From Eledone cirrhosa (lineage: Eukaryota), in assembly GCA_964016885.1 (NCBI GenBank), contig OZ024754.1:10912001-10976000 (forward strand): DNA of 64,000 bases, given 5' to 3'. Below are positions 53,385-64,000 of this stretch, piece after piece. The position numbers and the translations under genes were made by a program. The notes below the pieces were generated by a model. The model saw only the letters and a program-made list of their open reading frames with translations, ran no database searches and had not been told where the DNA came from. Within the stretch, counting starts at the first letter, position 1. The number at the start of each line of letters is the position of its first letter.

Positions 53385-53757
53385 TTGTTGTTCTTGTTCT
53401 TGTTCTTCGCCCACTTATTCCTGAGAGGGTTGTGGAGGTCAGAGTCATTAAGCACTCCTTCCAGCGGGTCCTGTCAGAAGCAGCCATCTCCAACTGATCC
53501 AGCTGGATCCCCAAGCGTGACCAGCCAAGCTCATGGATGTTATCCAACCATCCTGCTCAAGGTCTCACCAGCCCCAGCATTCAGTAATCAGAAGAAGGGA
53601 GATAGGCATAAAAGCCAAACTTACTATCTTCAATTTGGTTTTCATGCCAACCCTTATCTATGGTCATGTATCTTAGGTAATGACCAAAAGAATACGATCA
53701 CAAATACAAGCGGCGAAAATGGGATTCCCCCGAAGGCTCTTTGGAGTAATGTTATAT
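53385..53757. mobile_element. RTE (Rex3/Expander-like) LINE remnant in two opposite orientations
   Basis: Minus 53550-53385: DNIHELGWSRLGIQLDQLEMAASDRTRWKECL; plus 53620-53757: MPTLIYGHVS*VMTKRIRSQIQAAKMGFPRRLFGV. Confidence 0.75.
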
Positions 53758-54776
53758 GTTGAGATATATTGGGTAAGAAAAACATTCTTTGTTTTGTTTT
53801 ATTTGAGATACTTTCTGAAATACTTATCAGTCATATATTATCTCACAATCCTTCATATTAACTATACTACATTTTATTGATATATTTCTCTCTAGTCTCT
53901 ATCAAATACCATCACTTGACTGATCCCTTCCTTTTTCATGTTGGTTACCATCAAAACCTCTGAACTGCTGTTTTACTCCATAAAAATAGGATGAGTGCAT
54001 ACCCACCAGAGGAAGAAGCCTGGTGAGGTAAAGTGTCTGGTGTCATAGATGTCACTGACTGTTCTCTGCAGCCATTTTGTCTACAAAGTGCAACTGAGAT
54101 ACATCCCCAACACTGAGACATAAAGTCTGCTGCTTTCTCCTTTTTTCTGCTATTTAAATTTTTTTCTCTTTCTTTTTTTTATTGTAAACATTATAATATT
54201 TAATTGAAATTTGTGTAATAAATCTCAATTAACAAATAATTAAAAGAAACAGATATTGTTTTAGTTCTGTTATGACAGCACTAGCAATCAAATAAGAACT
54301 CACACTTTTTAATTAAAAATAAAATTTTATAAATGGTCTGCATCAAAAGTGATTTTTAAAGAGATTTTTTTAAAGATACCAACACCTCAAGAAATAAAGC
54401 AATATATAAAAAAAAAACCAGCATAAAAAGTATTTGGGAGTTAAGATAGAAAAAGCAGTGAAGAAATTTCAGTTTTAATTACAGCAAAAAAATATTTCCC
54501 ATGAATGAAATTATTTTACCTCTTAATCTTTGAAGTCTGACTGCTGTAAAAAATAAATAAAAGAACAAAAGGAGTCCTCTACTTGTCAAAAGTAATTAAT
54601 AGACTTTACTACCATCTTATATTCAGAATCTAGACAAAAAATATGAAAGTACAAAAATAGAAAACTCAGCATCAAAAGTGATCCCATTAAAAAGAAAAGA
54701 TTTCCAACATTGAAATTTCCAGAAGTTTATTTAGAAAAGAGGATAGTTTTGTAATAAAATGAAAATTCCAAGTTAA

Positions 54777-54981
54777 CCCTTTAGCATTTACATTACTCTA
54801 TATATACTATTGTATTTTCATGGTAAAGGCTTTATCTCACATAATATCGAATCTATGAGATTTTAACATTATTTATTTTGAGAACAATACCTTAACAGTA
54901 TGAGTGGCCATTTACAGCCGGTTTGAACAGAAAGAGGTGAGAGAATTCTGGCAGGTTACAGCTGGTTTAAATGCTAAAGGG
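54777..54981 (+). mobile_element. piggyBac-type MITE, complete
   Basis: TTAA TSD at both ends; 14-bp TIR CCCTTTAGCATTTA. Confidence 0.92.
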
Positions 54982-55957
54982 TTAAGGAAGCTTAAAATAA
55001 AATATTGTGCTAAAACCTTAAAATTGAAGGTAGGAGAAATTAATATAAGAGGATCTAATTAAAATTTGTAAAATCTTTAATAAATAATGCATTTTTTAAT
55101 TAGATACAAAGCCTTAAAATTATGAGTGTTATAAAATACAAAGTCGTTTTTCTTAAGAAATTTAAGATAGAAGTTAAGTGTTTCCAACAAATACAGAAAA
55201 ACATTTACTGAAAATTGCCCTTGACATACCATAACATTTTTAGAAGAGTTAAGAAAAGAGCTAAGGTTTTTTTACTTTTCCCACCAAAAGTTATGATTAC
55301 TGAAGGTAAGCAATGGCAAAAATATGGTTTCCAGATCACTTACACAACTCTTGAGAGATTTATTGTCTCTCTATTGGAGTAACGTTTACCTTTTTTTTTT
55401 GCTGAAAAATACAAATACAAACTACTTACAAGAGAAGATTTTGAAAAATATACACTTAGATATAGAGAGAAAAACTAATATTTAGAAAAAAGAAGTCTTA
55501 AAAGAAAATAGCTTCTAGTAAGAACTTGAATTCACGAAGAACTGACATGTAACAAAGTTGTGATTATGAAAAAATAGATGTGATAGTAAAGATAAATTCT
55601 CTATAAAATTCTTTAGGATTACCAATATTGATTTTCACCCCATAGTGGTGCCACAATAACATGAATCTGGTACATGCTGTAAAGGCGTTGGCCTCAAAAA
55701 GGGTATCCAACCAGAGAAACCATGCCAAAAATAGAATGTATGAGCAAGATGTACTTATCTGACATGTATGGTCTGAGAAAGTGACAACTCCTCTAACCCA
55801 TGTCAGCATGGAAAATAGGCCTGTGATGATGATGATGATATCTCTGACATCTTGCAATGTGTTCATTCCCATTTCATTTCTTTTACCAGCACAAAGACTA
55901 CATATAACTAGAAAACATTATCCGCCCTCTACCACCACCACCACCACACACAACACA

Positions 55958-56400
55958 TAACCCCTTCCCCCAGATCAGTTAATTTAAACCAGTCTCAGAG
56001 GGCCAGTGAAAGCCATAAGCATAACCCCTTCCCCCAGATCAGTTAATTTAACCAGTCTCAGATGGCCAGTGAAAGCCATAAGCATAACCCCTTCCCCCAG
56101 ATCAGTTAATTTAAACCAGTCACAGAGGGCCAGTGAAAGCCATAAGCATAACCCCTTCCCCCAGATCAGTTAATTTAACCAGTCTCAGATGGCCAGTGAA
56201 AGCCATAAGCATAACCCCTTCCCCCAGATCAGTTAATTTAACCAGTCTCAGATGGCCAGTGAAAGCCATAAGCATAACCCCTTCCCCCAGATCAGTTAAT
56301 TTAACCAGTCTCAGAGGGCCAGTGAAAGCCATAGGCATAACCCCTTCCCCCAGATCAGTTAATTCAATCAGTCTCAGGGGGCCTGTGAAAGCCATGGGCA
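55958..56400. repeat. 63-bp minisatellite, ~7 copies
   Basis: Unit ATAACCCCTTCCCCCAGATCAGTTAATTTAACCAGTCTCAGATGGCCAGTGAAAGCCATAAGC. Confidence 0.97.
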
Positions 56401-57051
56401 CCTTCTCTTCCAGATTCTAACCTCTTCCTCCAGACAAAACCAATAAAAAAAAATGCATAAAGGATAAATTAGATTATACAAATATATTAAATTTGAAAAA
56501 CACATTACACAAGTTGGTCCTTGTAATATTTTGGTGTGATTCATCACAACTACACTACATCATCATTAGTATTGTGAAATCCTACATAGTAAAGCAAGGT
56601 ATCTAATAGATTTTTACACTCTGGCCGTTAATAAGCCATGAATCTAATACAGGGTTTGTTCAGAATAATCAGATATTATGTTTTGAGGTGTAACACTGGA
56701 GTTGGGGCCTCAATATCTTCTTCATACTCTTAGGGACCACTGAAATCACTTTGTAAGATAATTATGCAGTACTCTTGTTATATAGTGAGGAGAGTGGTAA
56801 CTATTTAGAGTTACCTTGACTGAGCCATCAAAACTGAAATGGTTTAGTTTGGAATACAATACAGTGAGTGCAGATAAAAACTGAATCAGCAGTATTTTAA
56901 AAACTCCCCAAACACATTGCCAGCTCTGACTCACATTATGAACAATTAGGAAAATATATACATATGTTGATTACCATTGATAATGTTTGATTTAGGATTT
57001 ATTGAACTAAATATTTCTTTTTTCTTTTACTTTGTTAAGTGCTTTTGTGAA

Positions 57052-57320
57052 GCCGCTTGGCAGAATGGTTAAGATGTTTGACGTATGATCATAATGTCAT
57101 AAGTTCAATTCCTGGACAGGCTGCTACATTGTGTTCTTGAGAAAAATACTTTATTTCACATTGCTCCAGTACACTCAGCTGAGAGTGAGTACCAACAGTA
57201 GCTGGGGAGTTAAACCTGCAATAGACTGGTGTTCTATCCAGGGAAAGTCTTGTACTCTCACTCGCTTAGCACCAAGGAAACTAGGGATAAGCACCAACTT
57301 GATGAGCCTTCGGTATAGAC
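57052..57320 (+). mobile_element. CORE-like SINE family B
   Basis: Homologous to 62428-62720. Confidence 0.85.
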
Positions 57321-57882
57321 CAGACATTAACTAAAGTTGTTTATCATAACAAAAAAAACATTGTATTAAAGTGTAGAAACAATTTTATCCCACTTTCCTG
57401 TGTTAAACAATACATCTTTGTTTTTGACAAGGAAAGTTAATAATTCAGGAAAAACTTAAACATTGTCATTTATTTTTCCTGTCTTTTTTAATAGTTGACT
57501 TATTTCTGTTTGATCAATATTCCAACATTCCAGGAAGCTCTCAATAGATTGAAATACTAACGTATCAAAAATACTAGTTCTAGGCTACATAATCATGTCC
57601 TTGACATTTTTCATTGTTATTTTTTGTTACATCCTCTATTTTTGTTTTTACACGCAGAAATGCCCATTTGTACCGTCCTGTATTGTCCTGCACTGTCCTT
57701 AATGTCTACTTTATGTAAACCCTTGTGGTTAATAAAGAAATCATTATAGGTTTGTGTGAGCAGGACTAATCTGGAACTAAACAAGGCATTTCTGTTGAGT
57801 GATTACATAAAGTTAACAACATAGGGGTGCTTTTTGAGCCACTGCTAAATCTTTTGTTTTATAAACCAGTAGCACAATTTAC

Positions 57883-58087
57883 AGCATTTAAACCGGCTGT
57901 ATCTGGCCAGAATTTTCTCACCTCTTTCTGTTTAAACTGGCCATAACTGGCTACTCATACTCTCATACTAATTGTTCTCAAAATAAATAATCTCAAAAAT
58001 TTCATAGATTCGATATTATGTGAGATAAAGCCTTCACCATGAAAATACAATAGTAAATATAGAGTAATGTAAATGCTAAAGGCTTAA
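57883..58087 (-). mobile_element. piggyBac-type MITE, decayed ends
   Basis: Reverse complement of 54777-54981. Confidence 0.85.
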
Positions 58088-58876
58088 GTAAGAATCAAAT
58101 ATTTTTCAGTTAATTCTTACCATCTTTAAAATGTCATTATGTTTATAAGTCATTCATTTTCGAAAAGTACACCCAATAGAATATGACCAAAATAGAAGTC
58201 TTTGAATGCTAATCAAAGCCAAAATAATATATCCCTGATTCCTCCTCCTTTATCTAACCCATTCCAACATAGGACGGATGTGTCTTCTGTAAAAAACACT
58301 GCCACATGCTGTCCACTCCCTCCTTCAGATCCCTTATTGGCCAATCATTCCAGTTTAGAAAGTGGCACACTCCCCCCCACCCTCTCTCATTGCAGCCTGC
58401 CTCCACCCTCTCACATTATACCATGAAATGTTTGCCATTAGAAAGGGCATCCAGCCATGGTGGCTTAGAATGGAACATATGAGCAACATACAATCATCTG
58501 ACCTGCCTGGTCTCAGAATGTGGCAACTTGTCTAACGGAAGCAAGCATGGAAAATAGATGTTAAACAGTGGTAATGATGATGATGATGATGATCACTTGT
58601 GATAAATCTGAATGTGTTTCTTTGGATCTCTTAACTCTGTACTAAGTGGTCCATCCAAACAGGATTGACTGAAGTTATTCAACAATAGGAATGTAGGAGT
58701 GCTAATTTAATGAACCACAAAAAACTTGAGATGTCCATCCCTGATCAAGTTCATTTCGTTTGCCTTCATTATAGTAACAATCTTAGGTTGGACAGTATAT
58801 AGTATTACCAGATTGTCATATACATTCTTTACAAACAAACATTGCTCAATAGAGTGAACAGTGGGTCATATTGAAA

Positions 58877-59063
58877 TAATTGTTTCTACTTTTGGCACAA
58901 GGCCAGCAATTATCCCAGTGCATTACTGGTACTGTATTTTATCGACCCCGTAAGGATGAAAGGCAAAGTTAACCTCGGCGGGATTTGAACTCTGATCATA
59001 AAGGGACGCAACTCTATGCTGGAAAGCATGGCATCCGACTCTCTACCGATACTGCCAATCCAC
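58877..59063 (-). mobile_element. SINE family A with TSD
   Basis: CATA(T/C)TGAAATAAT flanks. Confidence 0.94.
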
Positions 59064-59169
59064 TGCCATACTGAAATAATGGCACATCTAATGTTTTGGA
59101 TCATTAGTTTGCTCCAGAAATGTTAAATTAGCTACTTAACAGCCATAGATATACTTAATCTTTAAACAT

Positions 59170-59395
59170 TAGAAAGAGAAGTTTTTGCCATATGTTTTGA
59201 CTAAAGAAATTTTAGCCTGATAGTGGGGTTTAGAACCCTCTAAGAAATGGAAAAAGATGAGTATTGACATACATCTTTTTCCATTTCTTAGAGGGTTCTA
59301 ACCCCACTATCAGGCTAAAATTTCTTTAGTCAAAACATTTGGTGAAAGCTTCTATTTCTAATTTCAAACTTACTCACTGTTTCAAAAACATACTC
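59170..59395. mobile_element. Foldback family F copy
   Basis: Near-perfect arms 59170-59259 and 59272-59360; tail matches the reverse complement of 8817-8850. Confidence 0.87.
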
Positions 59396-59777
59396 CCTTG
59401 TCATTAACCCTTTAACATTTAAATCGGCCATATCCGACCAGAATCCTTATAAATACAAGTGATTTTGACCTCTGGATAGCAGAATCTTTTTCTTCACTCT
59501 GCTACAGAGCACAATCCACCATTTAGCCAGACACCAACACATATACACTCACTAGTCAACTCTGCTGACAACACATGCAGGGCTGGCTACCAACATCAAC
59601 ACACGTTTGTAAATTCACAATTTTGAGATTCTACATTCACACACAATCAATGCTCTACAATTATGTGTACCTTTTTCTGTTGTTCATTATTACTGCACAT
59701 GGCTTTGAAGTATATCATGTAACAGAAAAAAATCCCATAAAATATGTACAATACAACAATGAATAAAGATGTCACAA

Positions 59778-60193
59778 TAATTGTTTCTACGTTAGGCACA
59801 AGGCCAGCAATTACCCAGTGCATTACTGGTACTTTATTTTATCGACCCCGTAAGGATGAAAGGCAAAGTCAACCTCGGCGGGATTTGAACTCAGATCGTA
59901 AAGGGACGTAACTATGCTGGAAAGCATGGCGTGCGACCCTCTACTGATACTGCCAATCCACTGTCATAATAATGATTGACATGCATAAACATTTTTGTTG
60001 GAAAATAATTGTTTCTACTTTTGGCACAGGGCCAGCAATTACCCCAGTGCATTACTGGTACTTTATTTTATCAACCCCGTAAGGATGAAAGGCAAAGTTA
60101 ACCTCGGCGGGATTTGAACTCAGTCCATAAAAAGACGTACCTCTATGCTACAAAGCATGGCGTCCGACCCTCTACCCGAAACTGCCAATCCAC
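59778..60193 (-). mobile_element. Two SINE family A copies (59778-59961, 60005-60193)
   Basis: Full-length matches with short TSD-like flanks. Confidence 0.94.
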
Positions 60194-60304
60194 TGCTCTT
60201 GGTAAATAATAAATGTATGCAACTCCAAAAGTGATAGGAGCAATACGTTTATGCTCATAATGTGATATTCTTAGCATTAAAAAAAAAGACAGTGTGTTAT
60301 TTAC

Positions 60305-60391
60305 CGTTGCTCGGACATCTTCCTGTGCCATAATGTTGTTTGTTTGATCTTCAGAGAACTGGACAACAGTAGCAATAACTTTGGCAAGTGT
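60305..60391 (-). CDS. GOLGA4: Golgin-245 GRIP-domain exon TLAKVIATVVQFSEDQTNNIMAQEDVRAT
   Basis: Acceptor tttatctttctttcag, donor ACG|GTAAAT, 87 bp, phase 0/0; parallels recalled vertebrate TMAKVITTVLKFPDDQTQKILEREDAR. Confidence 0.92.
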
Positions 60392-60976
60392 CTGAAAGAA
60401 AGATAAAAATTTGACAAATAATATTGGTTTCTAATTGCAACTCCCTTACCATCCTCCGGGGAAACGCCATCTCCATTCTGTCTGCCGGGACTGTGGCGTG
60501 GCCAGCTCGTAGGACCCCATTTGTTAATAATACAGAGAGATGGCAAGGGCGAGAGAGATGGAGACAATGACAGTGGGAGTTCGGCTCTTCTAAGTTCAGA
60601 CCTGGTGTGCAGCGTCAGTTGTCCGTAGGGAGGTAGTGGTTTGTACTTAGCGAAGGTTTTTAGAACCTTGTGTTTGCAATTCCTGTATGTATTTAGGCAC
60701 TAGGCCAGCTATTTTGTGGGTGAGGAAAAGTGGATTAAAATAAATGAGCAAAGTATACAATATATGGAGATGCATATCCAATCCAATCCAGGGCCTTCTC
60801 CCTCCTGTTGGAGGAACCCCTTCCTTGGTTGACCTCCACTGCTTTCTGTTTGGTTTTGGTCACATCAGGGATGTAGCCGTACTGACCACGCTTGGCTGAT
60901 TGTGGGTTGGTGAGGCTATTTAACCCATAGTTGGGGTGGACGGCTGTTGACACTGAGATGTGCATACACCCTATTA

Positions 60977-61176
60977 ATGAGGGTCGGCTGAAAAGTTCAT
61001 AGGCTGACTATAAAGGAGTGATGCTAGAGCTGTGAAATCTTGCATGCATTAATTTCAACTCTTCTTATTGATAACTGCCTTGTTTTTTTCTAAGGACTAT
61101 GTTGAAAAATAGACCCCATTTGGTCATTCCATGAGAGTATCTTGGTCAGCCAATGAACATTTTAGCCAAGCCTCCT
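60977..61176. mobile_element. Mariner-derived MITE
   Basis: TIRs GAGGGTCGGCTGAAAAGTTCATAGGCTGAC / GTCAGCCAATGAACATTTTAGCC; inverted homologue of 39955-40155. Confidence 0.88.
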
Positions 61177-61207
61177 ACACTACCAAAATATAAAACAATA
61201 TATTTAC

Positions 61208-61255
61208 CTTAGTTTCTTTTCCTATCATATATTGGTACAGGATATTTTTCAAATA
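61208..61255 (-). CDS. GOLGA4: Golgin-245 GRIP-domain exon YLKNILYQYMIGKETK
   Basis: Acceptor ttttgttttatttcag, donor AAG|GTAAAT, 48 bp, phase 0/0; contains the invariant GRIP Tyr; parallels YLRKVLFEYMMGRETK. Confidence 0.93.
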
Positions 61256-61666
61256 CTGAAATAAAACAAAAATTAAAATTTTATCATTTAGACAAATTAT
61301 AAAAACATTGTCTTTATGTAAATGAAAACAGAAAATACACAGACATCTTAAATCTGATTTTAAAACAAGACATTGTCGCCTGACTTGGCATAGCCTACAA
61401 CAGGACAACTTGTCTAACCCATGCTAGCGTGGAAGAATGGATGTAAAATGGTGATGATGATGATAATGATCTTTCTTTCTTTCTGTTCATTCATGTTTTT
61501 GTTAATTAAAAAAAAAAATAAAATATAAGCCAACCTCCTACCATCAATTTTTTGGTCACATATTCCTCAGTTTATATTCGAGTGTAAATAAAAGATTGAT
61601 TGGTGAATGTTTCTAACTGTTTAGAAAGGAAATATATCTTGACAAATGGATCTTATCCTCATTTAA

Positions 61667-61887
61667 CCCTTTAGCATTTAAACCAGCTGTATCTGGACAG
61701 AATTCTCTCACCCCTTTCTGTTCAAACCAGCTGTAACCAGCTGTTCATACTGATGTTAAGGTATTGTTCTCAAAATAAATAATATCAAAATCTCATAGTT
61801 TCCATATTATGTGAGATAATTATGTGAGATAAAGCCTTTACCATTAAAATACAATAGTAAATATAGAGTAATGTAAATGCTAAAGGG
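61667..61887 (-). mobile_element. piggyBac-type MITE, complete
   Basis: TTAA TSDs and CCCTTTAGCATTTA TIRs. Confidence 0.92.
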
Positions 61888-62427
61888 TTAAGATATTTTA
61901 GAATTCTTTGTCTTAGGTAATGAAAGTGTGATTTAATGTGCAGGAAGGTTTAAAAGTGAACATGATGATATCTTCTATGAGGGAATGAATGATTTATATC
62001 ATAAGTTACAGCTGAACCAAAGTAATATACAGGAGATCAATTTGTTTCTCAACTTTTATTTATTTATTCAATTTATTTTACAAGAATCTGTACCTCATGA
62101 AGGAGATGGTGCAGGATCTAGTTGACTGGTGATTTACTGTACTACAAAAGATATGACTACCAGTACAAGCACTATAACACTAACAGTTAATATGTGAAGA
62201 GATCAGGGACTGGGTGGCATAAAATAGAGATGTTCCTTAGCCTGCAATAAATTAGACAAACTCTGCTACAAAAGAACACACTGAGAGAGTGTTGGTGTCA
62301 TGATAGAAAGCACCCAGTACACTATGTAATGTAGTTGGTAATCAGACAGAGACTATATAGGATAGAGAAACATGGAGTATAACGAAGTAACTAGAAGAGA
62401 ATTGATGGCTGCTATACAAGAATATTA

Positions 62428-62720
62428 GTGGTGTGTGGCCTGGTGGTAAGGGTGTTGGACTTGTAATCATAATGTTATGTTTGTGATTCCTGGACTGGGT
62501 TGTGTGTTGTGTTCTTGAGCAAAACACTTCATTTCGCATTGCTCCAGTATACTCAGCTGAAAATGAGTACCAGCAATAGCTGGGGGTTTAAACCTGCAAT
62601 GGACTGGCGTCCTGTCCAAGGAGGAGTCTTGTACTCTCAGTTGCTTCATGCCACAGAAACCGGGATAAACACCGGCCTGATGATCTTCCAGGCTTGCGAC
62701 ATACTTCGCTGATGATGATA
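62428..62720 (+). mobile_element. CORE-like SINE family B
   Basis: GTGGCCTGGTGGTAAG head, GTGTTCTTGAGCAAAACACTT core, (TGA)n end. Confidence 0.88.
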
Positions 62721-62880
62721 CCCATGGCAGAGAATTGTATCAGGAGCTTCCACCAGAAACAGAGGAAATAAGGCAGAGGAGAATGTTTAGTGAGCTATCA
62801 CTTAGTTTCTTTATAAATCAATATCATTCCCGGTGTAGGATAATGTGCAGCATGCTATTTTCAAATTTTCCTGAGGTAAT

Positions 62881-63070
62881 AATAATTGTTTCTATTTTAG
62901 GCACAAGGCCAGCAATTACCCAGTACGTTACTGGTACTTTATTTTATCGACCTCGTAAGGATGAAAGGCAAAGTTAACCTCGGCGGGATTTGAACTCAGA
63001 ATGACAAAGGCCGTAACTCTACGCGTCAAAGCATGGTGTCCGACTCTCTACCTATACTGCCAATCCACCA
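62881..63070 (-). mobile_element. SINE family A with 18-bp TSD
   Basis: TCCTGAGGTAATAATAAT flanks both ends. Confidence 0.95.
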
Positions 63071-63096
63071 TCCTGAGGTAATAATAATGTTCTTAC

Positions 63097-63240
63097 CTCA
63101 AATTCAGTTGGTTCTCGCAATAGTGGCTCACTGAAGTTACAGTTATAATTGTCCCTGTAGTGATATGACGATGATGATGATGTGTTTAAGACTGAACTGC
63201 TTCCAGGTTCAATTATACTTGTATTTTCCAACTTTTCAAT
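63097..63240 (-). CDS. GOLGA4: Golgin-245 exon IEKLENTSIIEPGSSSVLNTSSSSSYHYRDNYNCNFSEPLLREPTEFE
   Basis: Acceptor ctcttttattgtag, donor GAG|GTAAGA, 144 bp, phase 0/0; splicing gives EPTEFE-YL, the golgin-245 GRIP start. Confidence 0.9.
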
Positions 63241-63579
63241 CTACAATAAAAGAGTTTAAGAAAAGACAATTTATACTATTATTAGTCTTAAACAGTGAAA
63301 AAAGAAAGAAGACTTGGTAAAATAATAAGAAAAGCCTCCAGTCCACCCTGTGAGATGGTAGTGTTGATGCCATGAAAAAAGCTCCTAGTATACATTGAAA
63401 TGTGGTTGACATTGGGAAGGGTATCTAGCTGTAGAAAACCAATCCAAAAATGGATCGTATGAGCAAGACATGACCACGTGACCTGTCTAGCCTCATAACA
63501 TGACCGCCTGTCAAACCCATGCAAGCATGGTAAACAGATATTAAATGATGATGATGATTATGAAGAGGCACATATTTAA

Positions 63580-64000
63580 CCTTTAGCATGCTATTGGCGA
63601 CTTAATGCACCACAGAATAATCTTCTCCTGTAGCTGCAGGAGTATTTTGTTGCCTTAGAAACCCTTTGTCAAAAGTTATTTCCAGTATTTTAAACTGGTA
63701 ACAGCTTACTTTCAATTCAGGATGAGGCTAAACTTTCATTTTCCAACGCCATCTTAAATTGTTCTTCATTCAACATGTGTATAAACAGTTGTAGAAGAAG
63801 GAAAAGTTTGTTTGGGCTTTTGAAAATGGTGACTAGTATGACAGAAAATTTTCGGGAAGAAATCTTTATGGATTCTGATCCAAATGATGAATTTTTAGGA
63901 TTTATGTAAGCCAATATTGATGGTGAAGTAGTAGAATATTATAGTGGTAGCAGTGATGGCAGCAATGCTCTGGAAAACAATGTACGTATTCTATATAAAT
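63580..64000 (+). mobile_element. Possible 5' end of a decayed piggyBac-like transposon
   Basis: TTAA|CCTTTAGCAT end resembles the MITE TIR; acidic frame from 63826 MVTSMTENFREEIFMDSDPNDEFLGFM*ANIDGEVVEYYSGSSDGS. Confidence 0.4.

Noticed and set aside
56120-56420. 21-aa repeat ORFs on both strands
   Set aside because: By-product of a 63-bp minisatellite; neighbouring units have frameshifting indels.

Overview
AT-rich, repeat-dense eukaryotic DNA; the repeat families and gene content suggest a coleoid cephalopod such as octopus (inference, not checked by search). One host gene is recognisable: three minus-strand, phase-0 exons (63240-63097, 61255-61208, 60391-60305) splice to the C-terminal GRIP domain of a golgin-245/GOLGA4 orthologue, whose terminal exon is unresolved. 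Two weaker minus-strand exon candidates lie at 15084-14878 and 4354-4248. About a third of the window is tandem DNA: 68-bp, 94-bp, 64-bp (15.6 kb) and 63-bp arrays plus long TA-rich microsatellites. Interspersed repeats include more than 20 copies of one tRNA-derived SINE, a second CORE-like SINE, piggyBac-type and mariner MITEs, and decayed Tc1/mariner, RTE, CR1, Tx1 and Penelope-like (PLE) fragments. The most notable pattern is a set of mutually dissimilar foldback elements, mostly beside (TA)n, that carry minimal hammerhead-ribozyme-like cores and usually have one arm with an unpaired tail. The largest is a 1,474-bp spacerless palindrome encoding a PLE GIY-YIG endonuclease C-terminus. Most listed ORFs are repeat artefacts. 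Boundaries of decayed repeats are approximate.
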